DNA of 34,561 nt from Octopus bimaculoides (Eukaryota). Under the pieces are notes generated by a model. That model saw nothing but the letters and a program-made list of their open reading frames with translations. It made no database searches and had not been told where the DNA came from. Shown piece by piece: positions 21,838 to 34,557 of the stretch (position 1 is its first letter; the number at the start of each line of letters is the position of its first letter). Location of the stretch: contig NC_068983.1 in the NCBI RefSeq assembly GCF_001194135.2, forward strand, positions 138,880,076 through 138,914,636. The letters run 5' to 3'. The position numbers and the translations under genes were made by a program.

Positions 21838-22884
21838 TGGTAAAATGTTTTCTTGCAAAAGTCAGTGAGCAACTCTTTTTTGCAGCATAGCAAGTGATGA
21901 CAATGCAGGTGTATTTAAACGCTATTTTCCAAACTCGGAGAGAGGGAGGAAGAAAAGGAGCACTAAATCTGCTTCTTAATACTTTGATCCAGGGTACTTC
22001 CTACAGCTATGTGGTCATCCCATCTAATTGAACTGTGACTTCCAAGCAAAATCTTTTTCTTGGTACTTAAAATGTTAGGACTTTCAAAGTTAATGTTGTA
22101 TCCTTGCACTATGAATGTCTACATCATCATCATCAGACTATAATAAAAATTCCAAATTGGAAAACGTTGGCTTATGTATTTATCTGAGCCATTAACGATG
22201 TAAAAGCTTCGGCTTGTCAGTTGTAGGCTTTATCGTTAAATTGCTAAATACTTGTCATTTCATCGAAAAGCTCTCAGTGACTACATCGTGAAAGTTGGTC
22301 TTTAGGTAGAAAAGATTTTACCTGTCAAACGTGTGTAGTTATTGCTCGTCCATATTCTGCTCCCAGTAAAAAAGAGTCAACGAATGCTACAATCAGGTAC
22401 ACTTAGTCAATTCAAACGCTTAAGACATAGGTGTCTCATATTTTTTATAGTTAGATCGCAAATGATCGCCTAACATGGTGCCGTGAAACAGCTTGATTAC
22501 CATATTTCTTACTCTGCAATTAATTCGATCTTTCTACCGCCAACACGTTTATCTTGTAATACAAACAGGGTAAAAAGCACGTTTAAGGAAACTAAATCTA
22601 AGTAATAGTATATGATACATTACATCATATGAGATATGAATGAAAGATTTTCACAAAGCTCGGTCGTTTCAGAGCAAGTGTTATCTTTCAGGTCCAAGTC
22701 AACCACGCAGTAAAGCGCTCTTACTACTTCTCTTGAAAATTGAAGTGCCTTGTAAGTTCTAACATCTTTAACTTAATCTATTGCTTTAAAATCAGGCGAT
22801 GAAAAAGACACATCTGTGGGAGACTTGACTCAGTTATCGACTCAGTTGGGAACTCAGACATACTTTGACTTCGTATAGTACAAG

Positions 22885-23452
22885 GTCAATGACAGAAATA
22901 GCAAGTTGGATTCGATGATGATAAAAGCAAAACACAAGTTTACGAGTGATTTTCACGCTTTAGGAATGGTCACTTGTCGCTTGAATAGCAGCTTCGTTCA
23001 GGAAGACCGTCGAAGGAAAACATCATGAAAATGTATGAACCGATCTTGGAGGGCTGTCACCAAAGAATTGATGAACTTGTTGATATGAATGGTGTGTCCT
23101 GACAACGAATTTTGAGCGAGGAATTGCAAATAAAAAGAGTTGCAGCAAAGTGTATGCCTCGATTGCTCACGGATGATCAAATGCGGTAACGACTGAATGC
23201 ATGTCGTGAACTGAAAGAACATTTGGAAGTCGAACCGGACCTTTTTTCGAAGGTCATCAGTGGTGACGAAAGCTGGTGCTTCGGAATTTGCAGATGTGGA
23301 AAAGGTGAAAGCTTCAAAAAGTGGAAAATGCGCCTGAACCGATGCATTCTTTTAAATACAGAATATTTCGAAGGTAATAAAGGTGTAAACATGTAAAACT
23401 AAGTGAATAAAATAATATCGCAAAATTCCAGTTTCTTTTGGGCACACCCTCG
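22885..23452 (+). mobile_element. Internally deleted mariner transposon remnant with right TIR
   Basis: Translation SKTQVYE*FSRFRNG..RSGRPS..ILSEELQIKRVAAKCMPRLLTD..KVISGDESWCFG jumps to KWKMRLNRCILLNTEYFEG. Right TIR ttcttttgggcacaccctcg is followed by TA (23453-54). Left TIR not found. Confidence 0.92.
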
Positions 23453-23569
23453 TACTATGGAGAAAGTTTTATTCATTTCGGGGAGTTTTGTGATTCCAAG
23501 GCCGTGCAATGTGTAGTTCCACGTTCACTCCAGCGCATAGTATTCAGACGAACTCTATGTGGTTTACTG

Positions 23570-23619
23570 AGAGTTACTTCATACAATCTTTTAATCACAT
23601 GATTGTATGAAGTAACTCT
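23570..23619. repeat. Perfect 19-bp inverted repeat with a 12-nt loop
   Basis: agagttacttcatacaatc (23570-88) and gattgtatgaagtaactct (23601-19). Confidence 0.95.
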
Positions 23620-24341
23620 TTTTATTTGCAATTCCTCGCTCAGAAGTATAAAATCAACGAATGTGGTTGTACCACTATAATTCTGGAGCATTTGAGATAG
23701 GGCTTCCTTATACTTCACTTGAATACCTAATTGCAAGGCTTTTTGCTTCAGTATATTACTTCCTTATGATAACTTTTTATATACTTATCTTAAAGTCTTA
23801 CCTACATATCATAAACTTGCCCACAGATTATCTAAATACAAAATTTATAGTGAATTCTAGCTACAATTACAAACGCACATTTGTAGCTTGTTGGAACTGA
23901 CGAGTTCACAAAACATAATACCAAGGGCGAATGCGTTGATTTCACCATTACGAATAGAAGTTAAGGCCAAGACTTTTGCCATCCGTGCATTCTAATAGCA
24001 TCTTCAAAAGTCATAATGCAACTCATTGCTACATAAAGATCTCTATAACAATTCTTAGCAGAGACCCTTTACTCGAAGTGCAGTGACAGTTTCATTCCAA
24101 AATTCTTCACTATTTTTATCTCCATTCTGAAGAACATATATACACACCTGCTTCGTTTGAGGAATTTATTTTGCATAAAATCGAAATAATTAACTCTGGA
24201 AGCTAAACATAACAGAGAAAAATAAAACACCTACTCACATATACATTGAGATTTACATGTGTACATATACATGAAGATATATTGATTTTATACCATCATT
24301 CTACTATATTTATATATATAATTATACGTGCTTATGCATAC

Positions 24342-24378
<37 letters not shown>

Positions 24379-25311
24379 NNNNNNNNNNNNNNNNNNNNNN
24401 NNNNNNNNNNNNNNNNNNNNNNNNNNNNNNNNNNNNNNNNNNNNNNNNNNNNNNNNNNNNNNNNNNNNNNNNNNNNNNNNNNNNNNNNNNNNNNNNNNNN
24501 NNNNNNNNNNNNNNNNNNNNNNNNNNNNNNNNNNNNNNNNNNNNNNNNNNNNNNNNNNNNNNNNNNNNNNNNNNNNNNNNNNNNNNNNNNNNNNNNNNNN
24601 NNNNNNNNNNNNNNNNNNNNNNNNNNNNNNNNNNNNNNNNNNNNNNNNNNNNNNNNNNNNNNNNNNNNNNNNNNNNNNNNNNNNNNNNNNNNNNNNNNNN
24701 NNNNNNNNNNNNNNNNNNNNNNNNNNNNNNNNNNNNNNNNNNNNNNNNNNNNNNNNNNNNNNATATATATATATATATATATATAAATACAAAGCACACA
24801 TATCCACACACTTGATATATAATGTGCATATGTGTGTGCATGTGTGTAGTGTCTTCATATCTCTGCTTGCTACCCGTATTTAATATTTTTCCACTACAAA
24901 TTTTAATTGCAAATACCAATGGAGATAATTTGATAAGGCTTACAATATTAATATTTGACGTCAAAGAAGTTATTTCTTGTTACATAAAGAAGCCAGGTAA
25001 ATTCCACTGAGCTGACATGAATATGAAACCATATAGTGTAAAAGATAAAAAAATATAAATGTGTTACATATGCTTAAGGTCATAAGATGGTGGTGCGAAT
25101 AGCTTCCACTGAGACGAACTATTTTAAAGGCATAACCCTCAAAAATTAAATGAACCTCAAAAGGCTTTGAGCTCAAAACTGTAAAATGACAGAAATAAAG
25201 GCGTAACATTTGATTTGGGACTATAACATCTCTGCTACTCTACACCTGTGTATTGATGTTAATATTAATCTTAGATATGATAACTCCTGATGTTCTACAG
25301 GTAACTGAAGG

Positions 25312-25426
25312 TTTTAATTAAATTACACTCGTCTTAGCCTAAGGCAAATGAATTATTTAAATTAAATTATACTCATCTGAAACTAAGGCAAATGAATTTT
25401 TAAATTAAATTATATTCATCTTAGAC
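25312..25426. repeat. Imperfect 43-44-bp tandem repeat, about 2.6 copies
   Basis: taaggcaaatgaatt(a)tttaaattaaattata(c/t)tcatct at 25340 and 25384, plus a partial unit from 25312. Confidence 0.85.
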
Positions 25427-25714
25427 TATGGAAATATCAGTTGATTTTGATGTTGTCTTCATTTAGACTGAAAATTGTCTAAGATTTAGATCTATATTGT
25501 ATATTTTCCGTCTATTTACTGCCTTCCAATGAACTTTGTTGTCTTCCAGAGGAACACACACAATGAATTCATATTAGCAAATACATCGCACCTACTAATC
25601 CTGCAGGTGTGATACCTGGGATCCGAGATTCATTTAAATAACGAATCTAACGTGAAATAATATCTTGAAATGCTTTTAATTCAACATGCTACAGACGCTA
25701 TACGAAGGGATTAT

Positions 25715-25950
25715 GATGTTGTGCTTAAGCTCATACGATCATAGGGTCATGTGTTCGATTTCCTGACCTGCAGTTGTGTAGTATTCATGAGCACCAGTGG
25801 AGTGCTTGTGCATGCCTCTCTCCCTCCAGCTGTCATTCATGGATTAAGTGTGAGAGGGCTAAGGGGTTGTCTGTTCGTAACAGCATACGCACCTAAAAGA
25901 ATTACAGAAGTCATGGTACATATTACACATTGTCGAATGACGGTTTTGGT
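25715..25950 (+). mobile_element. Highly degenerate tRNA-SINE-like remnant
   Basis: B-box-like gtcatgtgttcgatttcc followed by a GC-elevated body; no TSD seen. Confidence 0.3.
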
Positions 25951-27011
25951 TTACTTACTCTCCTTAAATGAATAATGTAACGTTTAATATTAAGCATATC
26001 TCTAAACTTACATGCCTTAAGTTATAATAGAGCTACACTTTTACATTCAATTATATTAGGTATCCATGACAATCATGCATATTCTTCAATATTACTAACT
26101 GATGCTACACATACCAATTCCTCCATTCTGCTATATTCTATTTTAACTCAATTTTAACTCGTTCCAGAAACAAAAAATAATATACTGTAGTTCTGTTTTG
26201 TACATACCTCTCTTTTAGAGGAAAATATCAGCTTGGAGAAACTGGCAATCTACTAACAAGTAACTTTTCCTATGAGAGGAATTGTATCCAATACTGTCAG
26301 CCAATAAAATGTATCTTAACACGAAAACTATATGAGGGAATTACATCCGACACTGCGTATATATGCAATGGATGATAATAGCTGTTGAGAATTTTCTTTG
26401 TCCGGGCAATATTTTATACTAGGGATTTGATGTGAACTGTAGTCACCTATGTAGGTTGTCTAAAATCTTTTTCAATGACTCAAAGATAGTATCAGATTTA
26501 ACATGTATAGTATAATATCAAAGAAAGAATCTATAAGATATAAGTTTTTGTTACTACAAAAACAATTCTTTATTTACGTCGCTGAAGTCATTAACAGTCT
26601 GAATTCAAATTTCTTCATTCCTTCTGAATATGTTTTTAACAGCACTTTCTGTACCAGTACTGTCAGCGGATAGTAAATAATTCCATACGACAGTCATGTT
26701 TCTGCTTCGAATTACATGTTCGTTTTTGCCGGTAATAGCGTTATCCACAGAATACAGTGTGATATTCAGGTTGGTAAATATTTCCAATGAGTCTATATTG
26801 CGCATTGTTGATCAGGAGGCTACATCAAAATGGACTCGAGTCATATGGCGGATCTTATTTCTGTTTGAATCAATACTCTTTCAATCGTATTTAAAGATTA
26901 TATTTGAAGTGCATAAACATCACAACAGCTTAATGTTTCAAACGTCATTAAATAAGTGAGTGCCATTGCTAGAATGTGCAGTCAAACAACAAAATTATTA
27001 ATGTTGCTTAC

Positions 27012-27743
27012 CATTCCAATTGGTTGGCAAATGGCAAAATCAGAGCTTTAATGTTCACTTGCTTGCATGTTAGTTAATATTTTCAACTACTCTGTTTTGT
27101 CGGCAAAAATAATGAGCTTTTTAAGTTCAGACTTTTAGCTTCAGTTTTAATTTCTGAGACTTTCGTCGAACTTTCTTTCACTCATAAAAATTGGACAGTT
27201 TTGTTTTTGATGTTTCGCTATTAATTACACGATTTTCATCAAGTCTGCAACTAGAATTTCAAGCTATAGAGAAAAAGAGAAAAGATTAAGCAACATTGTA
27301 TTATAATTTAATGAATAATATCGTTTAATTTTATTCGTTTAAATACATTCAGATTGGAATGAATATGCCATGAACATAAACATCACAAAATGCTGATTAA
27401 CAAACTACCTTATCTGACCGACAAGTCTATGGAATGTATAAAACCAACACTCACAAATTCCTGTATGGATTACCATAAGAATGAATTCCTTTACCCACGG
27501 ATTTCAGTCCATAACATACACGAACTTTCCATACCTTCGTAACTCGCGTACATGCCTTCATAATCGGCCTAAAAAATAGACTTAAGTAGTAACTAAGAAA
27601 ACAATTTTTCTTTATTAACGGCAAGAGGAAACTGAATTCAAACATACAACATAAGCACTTTACTTACATAAAATACAAACATACTGACTTTACAAAAAGT
27701 AACCACAGCATTCAAGGAAGACATGGTAAAGAATGCAAACAAC
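27012..27743 (-). pseudogene. Three exon-like segments with canonical splice sites but broken frames (27743-27685 or 27668; 27568-27455; 27263-27012)
   Basis: Acceptors tctatag, tttttag and ttttctctatag; donors GTATGT or GTAAGT, GTGAGT and GTAAGC; introns about 100-190 nt; exons of 114 and 252 nt are multiples of 3. No continuous ORF. Confidence 0.3.
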
Positions 27744-30700
27744 CTATAGACATTTTTAAGAAAAATTGAAGGCTAAAATATTTGAATTACCAGTGTGATA
27801 AACAAAAAAGTATTTAAGCAACAAATTATACCCAAAATGAATAGTACCTGTCATGTGTTGGCACCGATTCTCCCCACCCCCCCAAAAAAAAACACGTACA
27901 AAGAGCAATAGATAACATCACACACCGTACATTGAATTTATTCACCTAGCGCCCATACATCAAGTCAAATATACTTGAGATGAAAGACCACACAAACATA
28001 CCAGAAAACTCAAGATCCCTTATACACTGCCACTTTATGAAGAAAAGGATTACCATCAAACAAGCAGAAAAATATACAAAATTACATAGCATTACTACAA
28101 CAGCATTCTAAATTTATTGCCTCTCCGATTTAGCCGTGAAAAAAAAAATTACAGTGTGTTGGTACCAAAAGGACTTCCAAAAGAGAAGCATGGCAAGTGG
28201 GCAACAAATAGTTAGATCATACCAATCAACAACGAAAATGTTTGGGCTTCTTCGGTTTAGTCGTCTGTAGGCATAATCGTTGAAGTTATTTACCTCTAGG
28301 TGAGGTTCAATCAAAAACCTCTTTTCAGTCGAGTTTTATTTAATTTAGACAATGTATATTTTGGGCGAAAATGGGATGCGAAAGAGTGGAACATCATTTA
28401 TCATATTTCGCTCGTTCAGGACAGACCTGGAGGCAAATTATAGTTGGTTTTTAATCTCTCGTTAACTAAATCCCCAGCGGCTCACACCGTTTCGTTGTGA
28501 GTTTCTCAATACAGTTTTCACCGAGATATCACCTAATAAGTGATGTTCAGTCATGTTGACGACTAATTCTGTCACACAGCTTCGGTCGTTCACGTAAATA
28601 CACACACGTACAAAGAGGGTTGTGCAGACTCCAGGGACCCATTAGCTCTAATAACGACTGCAGCTAAACAGCATTTATCTCCCGTTAACCTAATACACTT
28701 AGACTCTAATTTTACCAAATATAGATTCGACTAACGTGCAAGAATTGATTAGATATTGAAGAGAATGCATTTATGTCTCTCTTGAGACTTGTAGGAGTTA
28801 TATAGTTGAAGTTCGGCTTAAAATGTTTTAAGTTTCTCTTTTCAGGAAAATAGTAGAGCAGGTGTTGACGATCCTAGAATTTGCATCTATCTGGACGAAG
28901 ATATTGCTGAAGTGCTTCAATCGGCACAGAGTGGTGCAACGAAGTAAAAGATGGAAAGAAAGGTCTATAGCTTTCCTCGGTGAAAAAGGTATGAACATAT
29001 GTATCTGAAAGGAATAGAAGCAGTCCTTATCTCAGAACATGGAGAGATAAAGGTAAGACATTGCATGTATGAAGTAGAAATTTAAACTTGGCGAATGAGT
29101 AATTGTTGTGAGCCGTGATAATATGGTAAGGATTAGAGTATCCATGTTAAATCATAGAAGATGGTGATGGTGAACTTATAGCGTAATTCAATGCTATGGT
29201 TGTTTGTTATTTATGATTTGAAAAACTTCCGAAAAATGCCCATTATTTTTTTAACCATATACATCCACAATACTTACCGTCAGAAAATAAACAATCTTTG
29301 ATCATAGAAGAAAACATTCACGCATTCAGGAGTTCCATAGTACACTAACACCAAAATATATTTTTGATTCACACAGTGCTTAACGGACAAATCTACAACA
29401 TGCCAGATCGTAAATAGTTAAAAACGGAAATATTCAAGTTAGATTTATAAAGACTTGTAAAGCAGCAAAATACTTTGAGACATCACATCAAAGTAACAAC
29501 TTGCTCTGCAAGAAATAGTAATCAAGTTTGCCTCATATGACACTTAACCATATAGAAGACAAGACATATTGGATAATGTAGTCTTGGAAACTCTATACCT
29601 TAAATACCATGCTAAAGCTTAGAAAGTCTTTCATCCTTAATTGCATTGGGCAATAATGACTTTGAGCTAAACAATTAACGACAAAAAAATTACGTGTCGA
29701 TTTTTATATACTTATAATCATCTATAATTCTGCTTATATCACTGACCAGCAACTTCAGATGTCATTCTAGATTGGGCTACTAAAAATAAGCATATTCTAC
29801 ATGAACATTTGTACAATACAATAATGTATGGATTATCAGCGAGTTGTCTGTTAATAGGAGCTCCAGGGATACTCGTTCGTAAATATTTCTATTGATAAAT
29901 AAAATTTATTTTTAATTAGACAACACTTCAGAATAATCATATAGTATGGCGTCTATTGATATCACATGTCAGCAATTAAATTTCTAGTATTAGGAGCACT
30001 GTCAATTTAACTGATATTAAAAATTAATTTTTAAAAAGTTGTTTCTAATATTTTTGTATGTGGTAATTTCAAACACCGCATAGGTTAATTAAGTTCACTG
30101 TAGTGTAATCTCTAGGACTTTTCATTTGTATGACCACTGACTCTTGGACCTAATGTGGCTAAAAAAATATATATCTCGTGCAAGACGCAGTGTAAATATT
30201 GCGTTCTATAGTTGCACCCAGGAACATCTTAGAATAATATGGGCAAAAATGATGTTCATGCATCTGTGTATATTTACACTCATACCACGCACGGACATAA
30301 ACACACACGCACGAAAACAAACACTCACATAGATATATATATGCTTGTATACGTATATTCATGTACGGGTGTATATGTATATATATATATATATNNNNNN
30401 NNNNNNNNNNNNNNNNNNNNNNNNNNNNNNNNNNNNNNNNNNNNNNNNNNNNNNNNNNNNNNNNNNNNNNNNNNNNNNNNNNNNNNNNNNNNNNNNNNNN
30501 NNNNNNNNNNNNNNNNNNNNNNNNNNNNNNNNNNNNNNNNNNNNNNNNNNNNNNNNNNNNNNNNGTGCGTGCGTGCGTGTGTATCTATATATAATTAAAA
30601 TAAGCAACCAGATATCAAGTAGTAATGCAGTACGACCGTTTCAAGCGGCTCCATTTAGTTGAGCAATTCAGTCATTACATCAATTTAAATGCAGTGCCAT

Positions 30701-31301
30701 CTTCAGCTGCACAAAAAAAAAAAATAAACGGAATGTTAACAAGTAGGACATATTAATATTACTTTTCTTAAATATTTTAACCTAGCAAGAAGATGGAAGA
30801 AATTCATGTTGTCGCTATTGTAGCTAGGATAGACAACAACTTCTAAGAATCGCATGGCGTATAGTGGAGTCATAGGGTTGTAAAGGTTGTAATTCATTTC
30901 TAATTCATTTACCTCTTTATCAACTACTTAATCTAAGACTAGAAGCCTGTGTCTATTTGGAATAAAGGACGAGAGTGAGTTGACAGGTCATGGCTAGGTA
31001 TGGTCATAAATATTATCAAATGTATCCCTTTCGCTAGGGAGAAAATCATTAGGTATAGTTAGGTAGATACAAGTAACTGTCTATGAAAAGAGGCAGGGAA
31101 GGAGCAGACTTTCAATCATGATGTTAACTACCATTTGAAGAGGCAAAACGCTAAGAAACCTAAGATGTTAATACAAAGGAAATGTTATTTAGCGGCACTG
31201 TGGGGGAATGTTTATAAACAATATTGTTATGTTATATAAAAATAACATTCAAGAATTTCAAAAATGATATCATAACCAAAATAGGTAAAAGGTATGTATA
31301 T

Positions 31302-31367
<66 letters not shown>

Positions 31368-31519
31368 TTATGAAGGTTATTGGAGTCAACCAAGCCCTAT
31401 AGATACAGGTAATACCGAGTAAGTGCTGTATACCGACTAGTTTTGCCCCTGACGTGGTTGCAACATGAGTGGGGAATATAACATGGGTCGTGTATTAGCA
31501 TGTGTATATATAAAAAAGA

Positions 31520-32050
31520 ATAAGATAAAGAGACCAATGGTAAAGGTAGAATTATATTTTATGTATAATGTCTTACAGCTGTTTCGGGGAAAATTCAATG
31601 TGTCCCTTCATCGGAGGTGGTAATAGTAGAAGAATGGATTATTACATCAATAAGATGAGATTTGTAGTAAGAAGTGAGAACGATGCGTAGAAGAAATAAC
31701 AAAGAAGAAAAAAGTACTTGGAGTATAGTTCCATTCCAGCAGTAAACATCCATGTAAAGAATCCGTGTGGGTATTTTCCGGAGATAATTGTAGTTGCAAA
31801 GGTGGATATATATCATATCGTATCCAGTTTACTCTGTGCATTGTTTACTCAAAGGATAGTCCGAAGCGAGTGAAAGATGTGTGTAGAATTAAGAGGTCAA
31901 GCCTTAAGACAGGAATGAAAGGAGGAGGAAGTAATTTAAGGGAGAAATGGAGATACTGTTGCTACTAGTAGTAGGCGATCGTGAAGTCAGTTATACTGAC
32001 AGGAAGGAAGAAAGAAGGAGAGAGAGCAAACGGAAGAAGATGGGGGTGGA
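31520..32050 (-). mobile_element. Penelope-like element 3' remnant with a minimal hammerhead-like motif
   Basis: Minus 31614-31574 reads CCGATGA-AGGGA-cacattgaatt-TTCCCC-GAAAC-AGCT-GTA: palindromic stem III ACAGCTGT and a GUA triplet. Extent of the surrounding remnant is approximate. Confidence 0.55.
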
Positions 32051-32159
32051 AGTATAAGTTTAGTACAGTAATATATGTGTAACAATACTATAGCAATGAT
32101 TTCGAAATAGTTATTCTACATATCGCTCTATAACCTCTCTCATATATACTAAATATTAC

Positions 32160-32913
32160 CTACAACCAACATTTGCTGCATCCTACAAAATTCAGAAATA
32201 TTTTAGTATAGACATTTCCTCGTTCGTGTGAAGAAAACTAAACAGTCAACTATTATTTGAATTTAGAGAATCAAATACTTTCACGATATCGTTGTGAGAA
32301 TATTTGTCGTTTATCTTATGAATATTGTAAGATGCAACTATTCTCCATAGTGTTTGTCTGCACAAAAAATGATTATAATAACAGACATCATTAGGATTGG
32401 TTGATTATTTTTGCTGCATGTAATATTCATAAGAAAGTAACAATTGAATTTCTTTGTGGAATCTAACATACCAATATTACTTCTGCAAACTACGATACCG
32501 AACGACAAACTATAGAGTGATAACCATGAAAGAAACGAAGGAATTACAAGCAATAAAATGGTTCCTGGATATGAAAATTCGAGTGAATAGTTATAATACA
32601 TCGAGTCAAATTAATATGTTCACTTAATCAATATTCTAAACTTGTATATCTAGAATCCACACAATAAACCATGAATTCTATAAATAATCAAATATATGAA
32701 CAAAATAAGGCTTTCATTTTTGTGAATCACTGATGATATATGATATTTTTAATACTAATATCTTCCCTACTCAACAGATTGTAACTTAAACAATTCTTCG
32801 TGAAAGTAAACTATTATAGGTACTACCAGGGGTGGAGAAGTAGGTCTTCCGTCTCTCACGTGTGTAAAATGACTTACTGATCCAGCAAAATATATATCCA
32901 ATTAAATAAATTG
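32160..32913 (-). pseudogene. Chain of exon-like segments (32913-32878, 32564-32472, 32357-32160)
   Basis: All three are multiples of 3 (36, 93, 198 nt) with AG/GT ends (donors GTAAGT, GTATGT, GTAATA). The first two join in phase 1 as IYLIGYIFCWIRTILLLVIPSFLSWLSLYSLSFGIVVCRSNI; the third has stops in all frames. Confidence 0.3.
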
Positions 32914-33488
32914 CTGGTCAGTTATTAAAGCAAACATGTACATCTACGATAACAGAACTATTCGCTTAGAATGTTAGTTCTTCAATATAAAAAAATGAGG
33001 TTGCAAATTTACAGCATCCAAAAGGAGAATTCAATGGTATACTTATAACGAGATTAAGTATATTTCGAGTGAGTTGTTTATGTTTAAAGCACGTATCTAT
33101 TTAAATATCAGAGTAGTATAATGTCCATTCAGAGTTTCCCTGAAGGAACACGCAAATGTTTTCCTTCGTAGTTGTTTAATTAGGCTAATGAAGGCATAAA
33201 TAGATATATCACCTTCGGTCAAATCACAAGGTGGATCAAGGTATGGTAAGCGTAAATAAATAGCAAATGATTTATAATGAGTCGTTTGTGATACCGATTG
33301 ACTGCCGAAAAATTTACTATTTCATATTAATGTTCGTTAGTATTTGATGAAACGTTAAGTAGTAAAATTACCAATAATTTACCGATAAATATGAAGAGAT
33401 GGAAGCCACAATCTATGTTAATGATTTAAAATCGTCCAGCATCTTCAATGAATTTACAAACTCAGGAGCACGACCACCGAAATGTCTT

Positions 33489-33570
33489 GTAACATTTATT
33501 TACATACCATCTCATTCGGAGTTCAAATTGTAACATTTATTTACATACCATCTCATTCGGAGTTCAAATT
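33489..33570 (+). repeat. Perfect 41-bp tandem duplication inside a degenerate SINE-like head
   Basis: gtaacatttatttacataccatctcattcggagttcaaatt at 33489-33529 and 33530-33570; includes the B-box-like gagttcaaat. Confidence 0.93.
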
Positions 33571-33648
33571 TCGCCAGGGTTACCTGTACATTTTATCGAT
33601 AAAATGAGTTTCTGTGAGAATTAATATTGTTAAAAACCTAGAATTCTA

Positions 33649-33775
33649 CAGGGTGTCCACAAGGTCTGGGTACATGGAGTAAATACAATCATAACATAAA
33701 CAATTAAATATAAGAAATAATAATTTCTTAAAGTATGTGTTAATCCCCATGTACTCAGACTTCGTGGACACCCTG
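33649..33775. mobile_element. Tc1/mariner-type MITE (127 bp)
   Basis: 31-bp TIRs cagggtgtccacaaggtctgggtacatggag versus reverse complement cagggtgtccacgaagtctgagtacatgggg (4 mismatches); TA at 33647-48 and 33776-77. Confidence 0.92.
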
Positions 33776-34404
33776 TAGTTGAATATCTCGCAAACCAACA
33801 CAAATAGATGCGTTATCTTTTTCACTTGCCAACTTTCCATATTTAACGTAATTGAATTAGCCCATCGGAAGACTTATTAAAGTGAACTTATTAAATGATT
33901 TTTTTTTTGTTTTTTCTTCGCGGGAGATTTAACTCTTGTCTAGCTTGTGTTTATTTTTTACAAGTATTTTTCGAGTTTTGTTCTCACTGCTGTCTAGTGG
34001 AATTATTCTCTTAGTACTAACTGTAGCCATGATACCGAGCGAAATTATATTTTTCTTGCTGTTTATTCTATTCTATGGCTGTAGTATCTGCAATATTACC
34101 AAGAATTCAGTTTATTAATCATTCCTCTAAAAATGTGCGAATCATAATTATATCGATATTATTTAATGCACAATATTTTTCCACACTTCTGTTTCTCTAG
34201 CTTGCTATGCTACACACGCACGTACATATGCCCACACGTACAAAGATATCCTGATTTCAAGTCGGTAGGTTGCTTCAAAATTATGAATACTTCATTATGT
34301 GTAGGCTATCAAAAGTAATTCTATATAATTTTTATTTCATTTATATCTTCCAGCTGGTGTCTAATGTTTTTTTTTATTATTTTAAACTTGTAGTGTATAC
34401 TAAG

Positions 34405-34408
<4 letters not shown>

Positions 34409-34470
<62 letters not shown>

Positions 34471-34496
34471 ATTATATCATTATATATATATACATG

Positions 34497-34557
<61 letters not shown>

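Noticed and set aside
26554-26994. 146-codon minus frame interrupted only by five TGA codons (selenoprotein or recoding idea)
   Set aside because: A rough estimate gives about one TAA/TAG-free run of this length per window by chance. There is no redox-type context and no SECIS was identified.
33936-34118. Hydrophobic 60-aa ORF as a membrane-protein last exon
   Set aside because: T-rich DNA readily gives hydrophobic translations; there is no family motif and no linked upstream exon.
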